Below are positions 1 through 11,203 of a stretch of DNA of 33,000 bases, in pieces. The translations under genes and the position numbers were made by a program. Every line of letters starts with the position of its first letter. The stretch's first letter is position 1. Under the pieces are notes generated by a model. The model was not told where the DNA came from and ran no database searches. It saw only the letters and a list, made by a program, of their open reading frames with translations. This DNA comes from Botryllus schlosseri (taxonomy: Eukaryota): assembly GCA_051294905.1 (NCBI GenBank), contig CM119376.1, forward strand, positions 4,247,001 to 4,280,000. Direction: 5' to 3'.

Positions 1-194
1 AAATAGTATTTACGGTGGCCGATCCTTTGTTTATTTACTATAGTTGTGCTCACCGTAAATACTATTTTATTGAAATCACAATTTTTCGACGGCAATAACT
101 CCGCTTTCGCGGGTTGGAATTGAACCAAATTTGGTGAGCATCCTTTCTATATACAGCCTAACACTTTCATGGGGTGAACAGAAAATTTTCAAAA

Positions 195-364
195 TTTTTA
201 TTATTTATTTTTATGTAATAAATAAAAACTTTCTTCTCCTGTAGCAAAGCGGTTACTGGCTGGAATTGAACCAAATTTTGTGTGTAGGCTTAAATTAGGT
301 GACCTAACAATTTTATCACGTAGCCAGTACGATTTAAGAAAAAAAGTCATTTTTGAAGAGCCCT
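195..364. mobile_element. DNA-transposon-like end fragment, second copy at about 20161-20332
   Basis: About 170 bp nearly identical to 20161-20332 (actttcttctcctgtagcaaagcggttactggc...tttttgaagagcccta). Both end in GAAGAGCCCTA, whose reverse complement TAGGG resembles a hAT terminus. Confidence 0.7.
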
Positions 365-373
365 AATGTTCAT

Positions 374-552
374 GGGAACCGCGAATTGGATTAGAACCAA
401 TATGATCGCATAGAAACAGTTCACACATTGGATTAAAATTAGAATTGGGGCAAAGAAACATCTCACAAATTAGACTAGATGTTAGATCAACGCCAGTTCG
501 CTCTATAATTAGTCAAATTAGATAACTAGAATCATCTAGCTTTCCAAGTCTG
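374..552. mobile_element. Partial MITE of the CAGACTTGG family (right end)
   Basis: Ends in CCAAGTCTG and carries (A/G)ATTAG-rich internal repeats shared with 5876-6245, 15137-15593, 25756-26212 and 27078-27437. Confidence 0.65.
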
Positions 553-673
553 CTAGCAACCTTATACTTGATATAAAAACAAAAGCGGTATTCATTTCAA
601 TAATTCGCAGCATCAAAATATTGAGTTTGAAAACCGCCCGTACAGTCCAAGTTGTTCGCCGGTGGCTATACAC

Positions 674-2084
674 CAGTGGTCGGGAACCTTTTTCATCCGA
701 AGAGCCATATTGACCCTATATTTTCCATTTTAACTCCTAAAGAGCCATACATGCGAATCAGCTATTACGTCACAATTGAAAAATCGTGACGTAATCGTAG
801 GACAAATTCGAAATTACTAAATGGGATTCGTCGTTTGCACCTATTTCCTCGGTAAAAACTCGTAATAATCATGCTGATCGTCTTATTGGAGTAATGAGTA
901 TGCAAACTTGAGTTACATAGATCTTTTGCAAGTTATATATTTTTATTTGATTTGAACTGAGGGGCCGGTGATATTTTGTGAGGCTCAAGACAAGTAACAT
1001 TTAGAATTCCAACAGACGTAGACAACAGTAAAAGTATGAATATACTTTTTACACGCTTTTTACAGTTTATGCATCTTTTGATGTTGCATGCTGGTATTCC
1101 TTATGGCTTTGTAGTTTGGTTGATAATTGTTGTTCATACAAAATTTGAGACTTTCTTCAGTTATACGAGATCGTAGGCTCGTCTTGATGCTTCTCTTAAA
1201 TGCGAGGACCCATGGTGATATACGTAGGTTGAGCCAGACATGGTCACTATACAGCAGTATACATACCCACTGTAATGTGTGATGTGTCAGTGACGTGGGG
1301 TCAGGGGAGGCAGGTGACGCAGCGCCTCACCTACCTACCAGATTTCGAACATTTTTACTACCAAATTGTTCGAAAACACAGCGCGAAAGGTGAGGTATGG
1401 CATATGTGAGGCACGGCTGGGCCATGCCTTACCTTACCTGTGATAGCGCAATTCGTCGTAAATTTCATGGAACTTATAATAACTGATATTAATCGAATGT
1501 ATTTGTCGGACTGATTCCGATTCGATATCTCAATTTGGCGGTATTCGGCGGTATCATAACGTTGCGCCACTCGCCTATATTTTAACAGTTACTATAAAGC
1601 TACGTTGTCAATCAATAACATGGATGGCTAGGGCGTTGTTTATAGTTTGAACTTGTAATTGTGAATGTCTCTTCCACCCACGACAGTTCATTTCTCGCCG
1701 TAGATCAGGAAGAAAATGTGTATTTGTAAACTGCATTGTGATGAAGGCGCCGCCATGTCTCCTATAGTCTCTTTGATCAATCAACGTATCGTGCAATCCA
1801 GGATTTCGTGGCGGGTATATCGAAATCCGGTGTTATATTGGTCGCTGGTGATACAGTAGCTTAAATTTGTGGATTTTGAAAAGGGGGTCCGAGCCCCAAA
1901 CCCTTAATACGCTACTGTATAAACTTCTCATAGACATGTTTATACTACCAAAATAACAATTATACTGGTGGTACTGATGATTAAATAACAAGTTGCTGCA
2001 GTTTTGATAAATTAGGCACAAAAACAAAAAATTCGAAAAGAGCCATATCTTATGCCTAAAAGAGCCATAGGCTCCCGACCACTG
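674..2084. mobile_element. Non-autonomous hAT element containing nested element fragments
   Basis: TIRs CAGTGGTCGGGAACCT / AGGCTCCCGACCACTG (15/16). Flanking 8-mers ctatacac / ctatagac (7/8 TSD). Subterminal AGAGCCATA repeats. Internal hAT-like ends at 1288 (CAGTGACGTGGGGTCAGG) and 1917 (TACGCTACTG). Confidence 0.85.
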
Positions 2085-2640
2085 CTATAGACACTCCGTA
2101 AATATTATATATAAAATGTTTCTCAACCCAGACTGCAACGTCTCGCGACCCACTATTGACTAATCTCTGTTCTTCAACACGAATGCTGCCGATTTTCTGC
2201 TCTGGTATACAATTAATACGAAATTTGTATAATGACTATCTGCAACTGCGGGCAGTTCTTAAGCATACGCTATAGCCTTGGAGTCTCGCCTTCTTTAGTG
2301 AATAGATGCATTATTTGAATATATATCCAGCGTTCTATTTCGAACTTGAGCCATCCACGTTTAAAAATAGTTTCATTCGAAATTGATTCTTGGAACTTTG
2401 GTCTAATAGGTTATAGCCCTACACATGATTCTAAATTGGTGATCTTTGCCTATTTCGGGATATTCTACAGACAACATATTTAGTATATATTTTCAACATA
2501 GGTTAACTCTAAAAGCTGGTTCCTCGAACATTAAGTTGGGTGTGTATCAAACCTGGAGTGGTCGGTTCGTCATGTGCTGTACGGTGTTCGACTATATTCG
2601 TCATTTTACGTCAGCTTTCATTATGATTCCTGGTCTGCCG

Positions 2641-3068
2641 ATTTATTTACTCATGAAATCATGTTATGGTGCTCATAACAGCGTTGGTCTTTTGCACCAA
2701 TAGCCAAAAAATGTCACCAATTACACCTGCTAATTCAGTATAAGATATTCTCAGTAGAAAGTTAATAGTCAATAATTATATACGTTGTCCCTATAGGTAT
2801 AGCTACAAAATCGATTACGTGTTGTAAGATAACAGGGCCTGTAAATTAATTGTCCAAGTTGAATGGGATTTTCTTTTGCTATGCACTGCTTCTTAGTATC
2901 CGTCGGCGCTATTCCAGTATAAGACAGTCCATCAGAAAATGGCTGACGTCTTCGATGACTCCAGAATGGCACAAATAGCCGTCGCAGAAACCACTATTTT
3001 ATGGAGGTGTCCTAACTAACCTAACCGTAGGTTAGTTATCTATAGTCCATTCAATCCGCAGTGTCCCA
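2641..3068 (-). mobile_element. Degenerate 3' fragment of an I-group LINE (inverted copy of about 3825-4210)
   Basis: Reverse complement aligns to the plus-strand copy (cactgcggattgaatggac; aatcccattcaacttgga; tggtgcaaaagacc). The shifted-frame ORFs 2769-2972(-) and 3879-4088(+) are visibly homologous. A 32-bp insert lies at 3013-3044. Confidence 0.85.
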
Positions 3069-3570
3069 CTTTCGTCCAAAGCTTTTTAAGACATAGTGTA
3101 CGTGGATCAGATGGCGAGGAAGCGCCTAAATAAGCATAGGTAGGGAACGTACCAATGGGGCTGCATTGAAAACAAACATGTTTAATATCTGTTTTTGTGA
3201 TGATGTCACAAGTCTTCATTTATGACGTTACAGTGGATTAAAGTTGTTATATGGTTCTTTAGGATTTCCAACCCCTGTCCTAAACTAGGATTATCATACG
3301 TCCTTAATTTGTTATAGAAATTGAAAAGGTCCCCCGAGGACGCCCCACTGTCCTCCTTTTCGGTAATTCCTCCCCATTTATAGCCTTGACAGTCAGGCGA
3401 TTGTACTGGCACAACTAAAAACGCCACAAATTACGTGACATGTGGATTGCGACGGCTATGATGACTAAAAGAAGGTCAACAAAAACAAAAATTATGCTAG
3501 GGTGGGTCTTCCGTGGTCTTCTTTAGACAAAACATATTTTCCGTAAATATTTTAAAATAATCCTTTCTCT

Positions 3571-4223
3571 GTCAGAGGAAACGAAATTGCAGATCGACTT
3601 GCAAAAGAAGCCACAAACATTGCGCATGAAGTCACGACCGACGATCCACAGCTAACAGACGCGAAAGCCTTAATGTTCCATCATTGTAAGTCGATCTGGA
3701 ATGGGCAATACCAAAGTACTGACCAGGGAGCAACGTATCGTGAATACCGACCTAACGTCGACACGACAATTCCAAGACAAGTATCGCGAAGAAATGAATC
3801 CACGTTATTTCGGTTACGAACGGTACACTGCGGATTGAATGGACATCTCCACAGAATAGGAGTGTCTGCGACACCTCTTTGTGCACATTCTGGAGTTATC
3901 GAAGATGTGCGACATTTTTTGATGGATTTTCCGGCACTGGAACCACGCAGACAAATACTAAGAAACAGTGCACACCGAAAGCGAATCCCATTCAACTTGG
4001 AAAACTTATTGACGGACATCAATATATTACAACACGTGATCGACTTTGTAGCATCATCGTGGCGACGTATATAATTACCGTCATTTGACTTCCCAATGAG
4101 AATATCGTGTACTGAAATTGTTATGTAGCTTGTGTTATTGATGGAATTTATTGTCGTGTGGTGCATAAGACCACGTTGTTTTATGCACAATAACACAGTT
4201 TTAATAATAAATAATAATAATAA
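3571..4223 (+). mobile_element. 5'-truncated non-LTR retrotransposon (I/Nimb-like): end of RNase H, CCHC-like C-terminal domain, 3' UTR and (TAA)n tail
   Basis: In frame from 3571: VRGNEIADRLAKEA (RNase H C-terminal motif), then STLFRLRTVHCGLNGHLHRIG..LCAHSGVIEDVRHFLMD. Stop at 4074, 3' hairpin at 4161-4188, taa repeats at about 4201-4223. Confidence 0.9.
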
Positions 4224-4483
4224 TACCCCTTTTATCGTCCGATGTTATAAGTTTTTTGATTTTTAAGGAGTGTCCTCTTTTCCGTATCTCAGCATATGGT
4301 AACTCTATATACTTGAACGGACCAAAAATATATTTGTCCAGGACTACATCGCCATGCAGAATTTTTGCGGTTGGCAGTCATCGTCATCAAAACATCCATT
4401 CCGTTCCAGTTTTACTTAACTACGTGCTATAACTGTTGAACCGACGCCGATTTCTAGTGTTCTAATCATTCCATATCGCATAT

Positions 4484-4660
4484 AATATTTCGCTTCGAGT
4501 CTCGAGAGTCAATTCACGTATCTGAAACGCCGAGTCAAGTAAAGTAATTTTAGCAAAGTGAGTCGAAAAACTCAAGTCGTGCGAAAAAGTTGACTCGACT
4601 TGAGTTACTTCAACTGTAAAAACGAGACTGACTTAGGACTCGAAACCTGTGACTTCGTCA
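4484..4660. mobile_element. Fragment of the GACTCGAGTC-rich hAT MITE family
   Basis: Reverse complement of about 4490-4560 matches the left end of the 7459-8365 element (cactttgctaaaat..acttgactcggcgt). Confidence 0.7.
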
Positions 4661-4792
4661 CAACCGTAATAGAATTCAATAATGAAACAAAAATCAATGC
4701 CCACCCACCCACCTCTCCACGCTGTCTGCCAATTCATACGTATCCTATGTTCATAACTCGTTCATGCTATTATTATATTCTCATAAGATCAT

Positions 4793-5173
4793 TGGGGTTG
4801 CATTTAAAACCAACGGTGTTTTAAACAAGACCCTTTAACAAAATTGTGTTTTTTCAAGTTGTAAAATTATGCCATAATTGTGTAAATACTTTCCCAAAAA
4901 CGTGTTGTATGAGCCTACAGACAGTTATCACCCGATATACCCGAAGTATATCGATATGGGATGGTTGGAACCCTCAAAATAGTCGGTTCAACATTAATAA
5001 TACAGATATTTCGTCGAAGGAGCATTATTTACCCTATATTTTCAATTGTCCATGTCAATCCAGTATGACGTGACAATTGAATATTCGTGACGTCATTGCT
5101 AACAAAACAAAACAAAAAACATGTTTTAAATTAGGGCCTCGTTTTAAACATGTTTGTTTTAAATGCAACCCTA
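4793..5173. mobile_element. MITE with GGGTTGCATTTAAAAC terminal inverted repeats
   Basis: Perfect 16-bp TIR pair gggttgcatttaaaac / gttttaaatgcaaccc; the TSD is degenerate. Confidence 0.7.
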
Positions 5174-5875
5174 TGACCAATATATTGCGAAGCCTTCATC
5201 AGGATAGAGGAAGCGGGCGGTCCTCACTAAAACCATTTATGGCGTATTTACGGACAATTTGTTTTTAAAATGCGAAACGGGCGTCTCATTTACGTGGAAT
5301 ATTCCAAATATAAGGTATTATGGAACCAGACGGAAGTTATTTTCGGAATCCAAATTTCAAAATGGCGGTAATCATAGTGACCAAATTTGAAGCATGCGGG
5401 GTATCGTATAAAGATGTTTTATTTTCCCATAATGAATGAATAATATTTGCTTACGGTCCGAGGACCTATTCCTGGTAGAAAATGCATGATTCAAACCCAG
5501 GCACTGTCTCATGTACCACACTGAACTTTCAAAACCTAAGTCGACAGCCTTCAAGTGGTTGGCCGCAAGTGAAAATTCCCCCGGGTATCCGTGAAGTATG
5601 TCAGTCGAAAAGTTGCGGGAATCAGCGGAATTTCTTATCTTTCATGTCACTCGAGTTCGCAATACTGCAACCCGTAGCGAGGGCGGTTTGAACGCGTACG
5701 ATACAAAGAATTTCATTACCATAGATATATCTGGGATTCACATCTGCTGCTGTGTTGGCGTTATACTTGTAAGCCGGTTTCAACCTAGATTGATCATAGG
5801 CGTCATTCGAATCCAAACTTTTGTACGGGTCGGCGCAAATGGTTCTCACACGTCAAAAGACGATGGACTATGGAC

Positions 5876-6245
5876 CAGAGCTGGGCAACTATAATATTTT
5901 TAGATTTCTAAATTAGATTAGCAATAAAATTCTAGCTGCACGCTTTTTCTTAGAATTACTGATATCGTGAAAACTTGGAAATTGAATTCAATCAAATCAA
6001 ATTCAATTCGTACCAAATCATATTTCATTCTTATAAAGCAAGATATCGGCAAATATGGTAAATGGTCCGTCTGTAGCATTGTCATGGAAACCATAAACTA
6101 GATTAGAATTAAAATTAGAGCATAGAAACATTTCACAAACTAGATAAGGATTAGAATAAAGAAACATTTAAAAATTAGATTAGAGTTATATCACCGGCAT
6201 TGCACTATAGTTAGTCAATTAGAATTATCTGTTTGTCCAAGTCTG
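5876..6245. mobile_element. MITE, CAGACTTGG family
   Basis: Ends CAGAGCTGGGCAA / TGTCCAAGTCTG with ATTAG-rich interior; no clean 8-bp TSD at the termini. Confidence 0.65.
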
Positions 6246-6284
6246 CATAATATGGACCTGTATTAAAAGCACACACCCCTATGG

Positions 6285-6666
6285 TAGGCTTACCATACGT
6301 CCTCTTTTAAGAGGATTTGTCCTCTTTTTTGACTTTTTTGAAAGTGTCCTCGGAGGACGCCCTTTTGTCCTCTTTTTTGAGATTTTGTCCTCTTTTTTGA
6401 AAATTTAGGTCAGATTTAGAGTAAATTGCGAGTGATATGCCACAAATTAGCGCAGAAGTGAAGCTCCGGCGGGTATTTCGGAGGGCAAAGTGGTGATTTC
6501 AGCTCTGAGCGAAAAGAAGACCTTTTTTTTTTTTTTTTTTTTTTTAGTCAACCGTTCATGAAGCGGGTGAAATTTACCTGTTTTTGAGAATTCTTCTCCA
6601 GTTTTGCTTGTCTGAAATTTCTGAAAAAGTGTCCTCTTTTTTCATTTCCGAAATATGGTAAGCCTA
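6285..6666. mobile_element. hAT-type MITE, 382 bp, intact
   Basis: Perfect TIRs TAGGCTTACCATA / TATGGTAAGCCTA and a perfect 8-bp TSD CCCTATGG. Close sister copy at 32377-32767. Confidence 0.92.
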
Positions 6667-7389
6667 CCCTATGGTATGCACACAATAACAATTGCCATTG
6701 CTAACCACCACGCAAACGACGCTGTAAAGCACTGAATGAACTTTCTAAAAGCTATATGCCTCCGATCTGTCAATCCAACCTATCGATGGATTTCTGCAAG
6801 ACTACTTTTCAGGCATAGATGCGGACTCTGCTCGTGCGAAATTTCATCGTGATAAGACGAGGGTGTCCTAAATCTGATGGTGATGAATGAGTTTGTGTTT
6901 CCTGAATAGGAGTGAATTATATGGCTTTCCATGACAAGATTGTGGAACCAGTTCGAGACGAGAGCAATTAGAGACCAATTTGTTGTTTGTTGGAGTTGAC
7001 GCGTTCTCTAATGACGCCATGCCCTTTTCCACACCGCTTGCAAGAATTTATCAAACCACTGCTCTCCAACTCTCCGCGACTTTGTAAGCACTAATATTCA
7101 ATTCGCTCCTCCGGTAACAGTAAGCATTCGGCCTACCGCAAATACTCATGAAAGATAGAACAAATCCACAATCTCTTTCATTTGTGTTAGATTTTTCGCG
7201 TTGATAGGGTCATGCACTATAAATATTGCATGGTATAATATAATATGTCATACTTGGGACAGTATAGGGAGCTATTTTACAACGTAATGAGAACGCGACC
7301 AAGATGCAGTATGGGGCAATTGATATGTCCTTGTTGTTTGTGGTATTCATGGAGTTTGTCGACTACTATGGTCATTTACACCAAGCCAA

Positions 7390-8490
7390 TTTTCTTCATT
7401 TTTTCCGTAGCTGACGTCTTGTAGCACGGCCCACAGGCTTTTATAAGACATCGCATACCAGTGTTGGGATGACTCGAGTCATGACTTGACTCGAGTCACT
7501 TTGCTAAAATGACTTGACTCGGCGTGTCCGAAATGTGGATTGACTCGTGACTCGGAGCAAAATTCACGAGTCAATTTCAAGTCATCAAGTAATCGGTGTC
7601 GATAAAAATCACTGTATCTTGCATATGTTCGGATTGTTCGCGCAACATTGGTGTAACCCGTGAGAGCGACCAATCATTCAATGATCGTGCGTTTTACCGA
7701 GCCTACATTGTTCTCTCACAAATATATTGATCGCAAACGAAGTGATCGAAGCTTACAGCCAACGTTGTCGCAAACTATGATATAGTGAGGTATTTTAATA
7801 GCAAAATGTCCATTTCTGTTGTGTTCTTAACTCAACCAAACCTCTTGTTTTATTGAAATTATATTAGAAAATAGTTTATATAGTCCTCAACCATTGGCGC
7901 AGGCTCGAATTGTATCATATCAATTTGCAAAAGGGTAATGTATTGCATCTTATCAATTCGTTTCGCTATTCGTTATTTTGGCTGGTAACTATAAACTGAG
8001 GCTGTGCAATTACTTACGTAGTCTATTAGTTCTACTTAGATGTGAGCGATACAGCGCCTTACTTGCGTGCATATTTAACTCTATATTCGTTAATTGGTTC
8101 AAAATCAATGACCACTCAATCTGTATTTCAGACAGCAATCAAAATACAATGACGTAATCACGCCTCATACTTCTAAAAGGCAATTTGACTTGAATTGTGA
8201 CTTGACTCGTGACTTGACTTGACTCGAGTCACCTCCAAAAATCGAGTGACTTGACTTGACTCGAGTCACCTTCGAAAGTCGATTGACTTGACTTGACTCG
8301 AGTCAAAATGTGCAATGACTTGAAATGACTCGTGACTCGAAGGTAGTGACTTGATCCCAGCACCGCCGCGTACACGGACTGGATGGCGAGAAGGAGCCTA
8401 GTTACACCTCCAACACTTCGATAGGAATTCTAAAGCCGACCTCGGTTGGACTCGAACCCATTGGTGTTTCGGCCACTACGCTATCTCGCC
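7390..8490 (-). mobile_element. tRNA-derived SINE, interrupted by the 7459-8365 hAT element
   Basis: Minus strand: A box TAGCGTAGTGG (8483-8473), B box GGTTCGAGTCC (8458-8448). The body continues across the insertion to a 3' hairpin (7405-7429) and an A-rich tail. Confidence 0.7.
7459..8365. mobile_element. Non-autonomous hAT element with GACTTGACTCGAGTC subterminal repeats
   Basis: TIRs CAGTGTTGGGAT / ATCCCAGCACCG; flanks tcgcatac / ccgcgtac (6/8, differences are transitions). Internally deleted sister at 16111-16628. Confidence 0.88.
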
Positions 8491-9597
8491 ACTGATATGT
8501 CCTAAATAATCGTTGCATGATTCTATGTACCAGTGATGTGCACGAGTGCATCAACTAGCGGCCCGCAAGAGAAAAATCATGCACTCGCTAAGAAGTGCCA
8601 ATATTGAGGAGTGTGTGGCCCACGAAGTGAGTGTAATAATGAAGCTTATAGTCTGGTACATTCGACTTAAGCTCAAGTAGGCTAATACAATGGACACAAA
8701 CTTTAAAATATGCATTTACTGACTTCGTACACGAATATTTTCGACAAAATTCATTCAATAACGTGGAATGTTTTCTCGCTATGCACGATTTATTCCCAGA
8801 TATTAATCATAATTCTTATTCATAGATATAGAGCTGCTATAAGCCCTCCTTTTTCACGAAATTTAAAATTTCCTCCGAGGATGCCCCTAAATGTCCTCCT
8901 ATTTGGCAATTCGTCCTCCTTTAGAGCTTTTACAGCTAGGATAAGGGGCATGTTCAATTGAAAATCATCATAAATGACATGAAACAGGTAATACGGACGG
9001 TCGAGCGGGTCATTCGGGAGTCGAATGAAAGTGATGATATGTTTTTAGTCAACACCACAAAATTAAAGTCACATTCGATACTTATACCTTAGCCCACTTC
9101 TGATGTTAGGCATGAGCAATCTTGTCATATACCATAGTAATATAGTTTAAAAGTTGGCGTTCATACTTTCTATGCTTGAGCAGGGATTTCATGTAACTTC
9201 GGACTTTTTTTATTCATTGTGGATTACAGTATTCCGATACTTGGTCCAGCCCCAGCATATCAGATTCATCTGAGATATATCCCTGATTCTAATTTAGAGA
9301 GTTCTATAATCAATTCGCATGCCGGTCAAATTGCGGAAAAGAACTACAAATAAAGCTACGTCTAAGTAGGTGCAGTTGCTTTTATTATCGTGTGGCTGCC
9401 GATGCGTTAACTCGCCTCGCCACACTGTTTATTTTCATCCTAACGCAAATTACTAATGGGGTTACTACAATTTTAGATGTTATTTTTCCTTGAAAGCAAA
9501 ATAGTTTTCCGCATATATCATATCTGCTTGACAGTGATGGATTACTTGAGTGGATTTGGGATAACGGAACTATATACGCTGCCGCCCAGGGGAAACC

Positions 9598-9847
9598 TCA
9601 CCGATTCATAATTATATCTAATAGGCGACATACACGAATTAGGTACCGACTGAGTAGCAGCAAACGACACGGCACACGCCTGAATTGCGATCTCCAAATG
9701 AAGTGTAACCACAAACAGCTCACGGATTGCAATGGGATTGAGATTATCGTTGCTAATTGGTAATAAAACACGACTGAAGCGTTTGCAATATTCCAAATCC
9801 ACAAATATTTAGTCCAGATAAAGAACATCATTGCAAGTGTAGCATAA
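9598..9847 (-). pseudogene. Possible exon or fragment of a multi-pass membrane protein (TLC-domain-like; GPCR C-terminus not excluded)
   Basis: YATLAMMFFIWTKYLWIWNIANASVVFYYQLATIISIPLQSVSCLWLHFIWRSQFRR has two hydrophobic helices. The LQxxxCxWxxxIxR pattern recalls the last helix of ceramide-synthase/TLC proteins (by-eye comparison only). Confidence 0.3.
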
Positions 9848-9940
9848 CTAGAACATAACTAGAACAACCATGAGCGCAAATTCAAAGCATATCAAGAAAC
9901 GTATAGGCGAAATATTGGGGTAATAGATGTTGCCATAAAC

Positions 9941-10562
9941 CAGTAGCTCTCAATCGCAGTTACGCGGACCGGTGCCGGTCCGTGGCAAGTTTCCTGCTGG
10001 TCCGCCAAATATTAGAATTTTATATCTCAATTCAAAAATGCGAGAAGTTGGGCGCATGTCCATTAATTAGAGAAATTAAACAATAACTTAATTAAAAATC
10101 TATTTTTTACGGTCTCGCAATAGAGAATTCATGGGCTACTGTGGACGGACGTATAGGCTACGCCTCAATGGAATAGGTGTTATAAGAAAGTGTTCAAAAG
10201 TATAAGAAAGTTATATGTGAAAGCTACGGACACTTTTAAGCAAATTTCGTAAATTCGGACACGACAATTAAACGACACTTTGCAGTGAGTAGCAGCGAAG
10301 GATACCAAACAATCACAGCCAGGTTAGTGATCCTTAACAGGACTTGGCGAGCTTCGCCTTGCAGAAACTTCAATAGTAACGCGTATAGATATCGGCTATC
10401 AAAAAGGCATTATTAATTGAAGTTTACGATATTACATTTAAGATGCGTGCTTTTGTCGTAATTAAATTTACGGTGAATTTTGATTTTTGAAGGTTTACCG
10501 ATTCGCAACATTTATTTTGATGGTTTACCGGTCCGCAAGGTCAAAGAGGTTGGGAACCACTG
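9941..10562. mobile_element. Non-autonomous hAT element (CAGTGGTTCCCAACC family)
   Basis: Ends CAGTAGCTCTCAA / GGTTGGGAACCACTG; subterminal GGACCGG/CCGGTCC repeats; flanks ccataaac / ttgtaaac. Confidence 0.75.
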
Positions 10563-10871
10563 TTGTAAACACCAAACTATTACCGTATGTTCCTGGATAA
10601 AATTGAATTCGTCGCATATCGATTTTCAATCACCGAAGAAAGGGTTGGTGTGATTATGTTCACAATAATATCAGTCTCAACGTTCACAATAAGATCAGTT
10701 ATGTTCGCAATAAACAACTCCCCACCCTCATGACTCTAACCCTTGATCGTGGACTTACCTTATTGTGAATATTATCGCGTCAACCTGTAGGATTCAGGTC
10801 CCTGCGATACATTATTTCGATCGAGTCTCATAGGTCGGCCACTGATCGCTTGTTTTTAGCACTTATTAGGG

Positions 10872-11069
10872 CTATCGGCGCTCACACTCGATGTCAGCAC
10901 AATTTGGAATGTCTAGTTGTGTTTTGCAACATATCCAATCCATTTGTGTCGACAGCAAAGCGTATCCTCTCCCAAGCGACAAGTCGCAGCTTTCATCTCC
11001 CCAATTCACGATGCCATACACCACCCAGCGGTGATGCTCCAAGCAAAATAATGGCGCGCCTGAAAATCC
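10872..11069 (-). CDS. Serine protease (S1A) exon 7, terminal, with catalytic Ser
   Basis: cgaaag|GFSGAPLFCLEHHRWVVYGIVNWGDESCDLSLGRGYALLSTQMDWICCKTQLDIPNCADIECERR*. 198 nt, phase 0, continues ...DVPCK from exon 6. Confidence 0.9.
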   Translation of the reverse strand, partial: GFSGAPLFCLEHHRWVVYGIVNWGDESCDLSLGRGYALLSTQMDWICCKTQLDIPNCADIECERR

Positions 11070-11203
11070 CTTTCGAAAGATATGTAAGAATTAAACGCTC
11101 CGCGACAGGTATCGAGAAAAGATAACAATTACCCGTACCAAAGAGATATGCACATGAGCGGACCGGTAATCGCACGAACGACATTATTAAGACAAGCCTA
11201 CAT

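Noticed and set aside
3206-3427. ORF containing DCQG...GG, a possible protease Ser motif
   Set aside because: It overlaps a GTCCTC-rich MITE remnant; the real Ser exon is at 11069-10872.
3556-3575. Splice-acceptor-like tract at the LINE truncation point (possible exonisation)
   Set aside because: No plus-strand gene or donor supports it.
5598-5894. Protein-like overlapping ORFs on both strands
   Set aside because: No recognisable motif, no consistent splice sites, non-ATG starts.
8180-8350. Recurring GACTTGACTCGAGTC units resembling a CRISPR array (also 16455-16600)
   Set aside because: Spacing is irregular, there are no unique constant-length spacers, and the units lie inside TIR/TSD-bounded elements as subterminal repeats.
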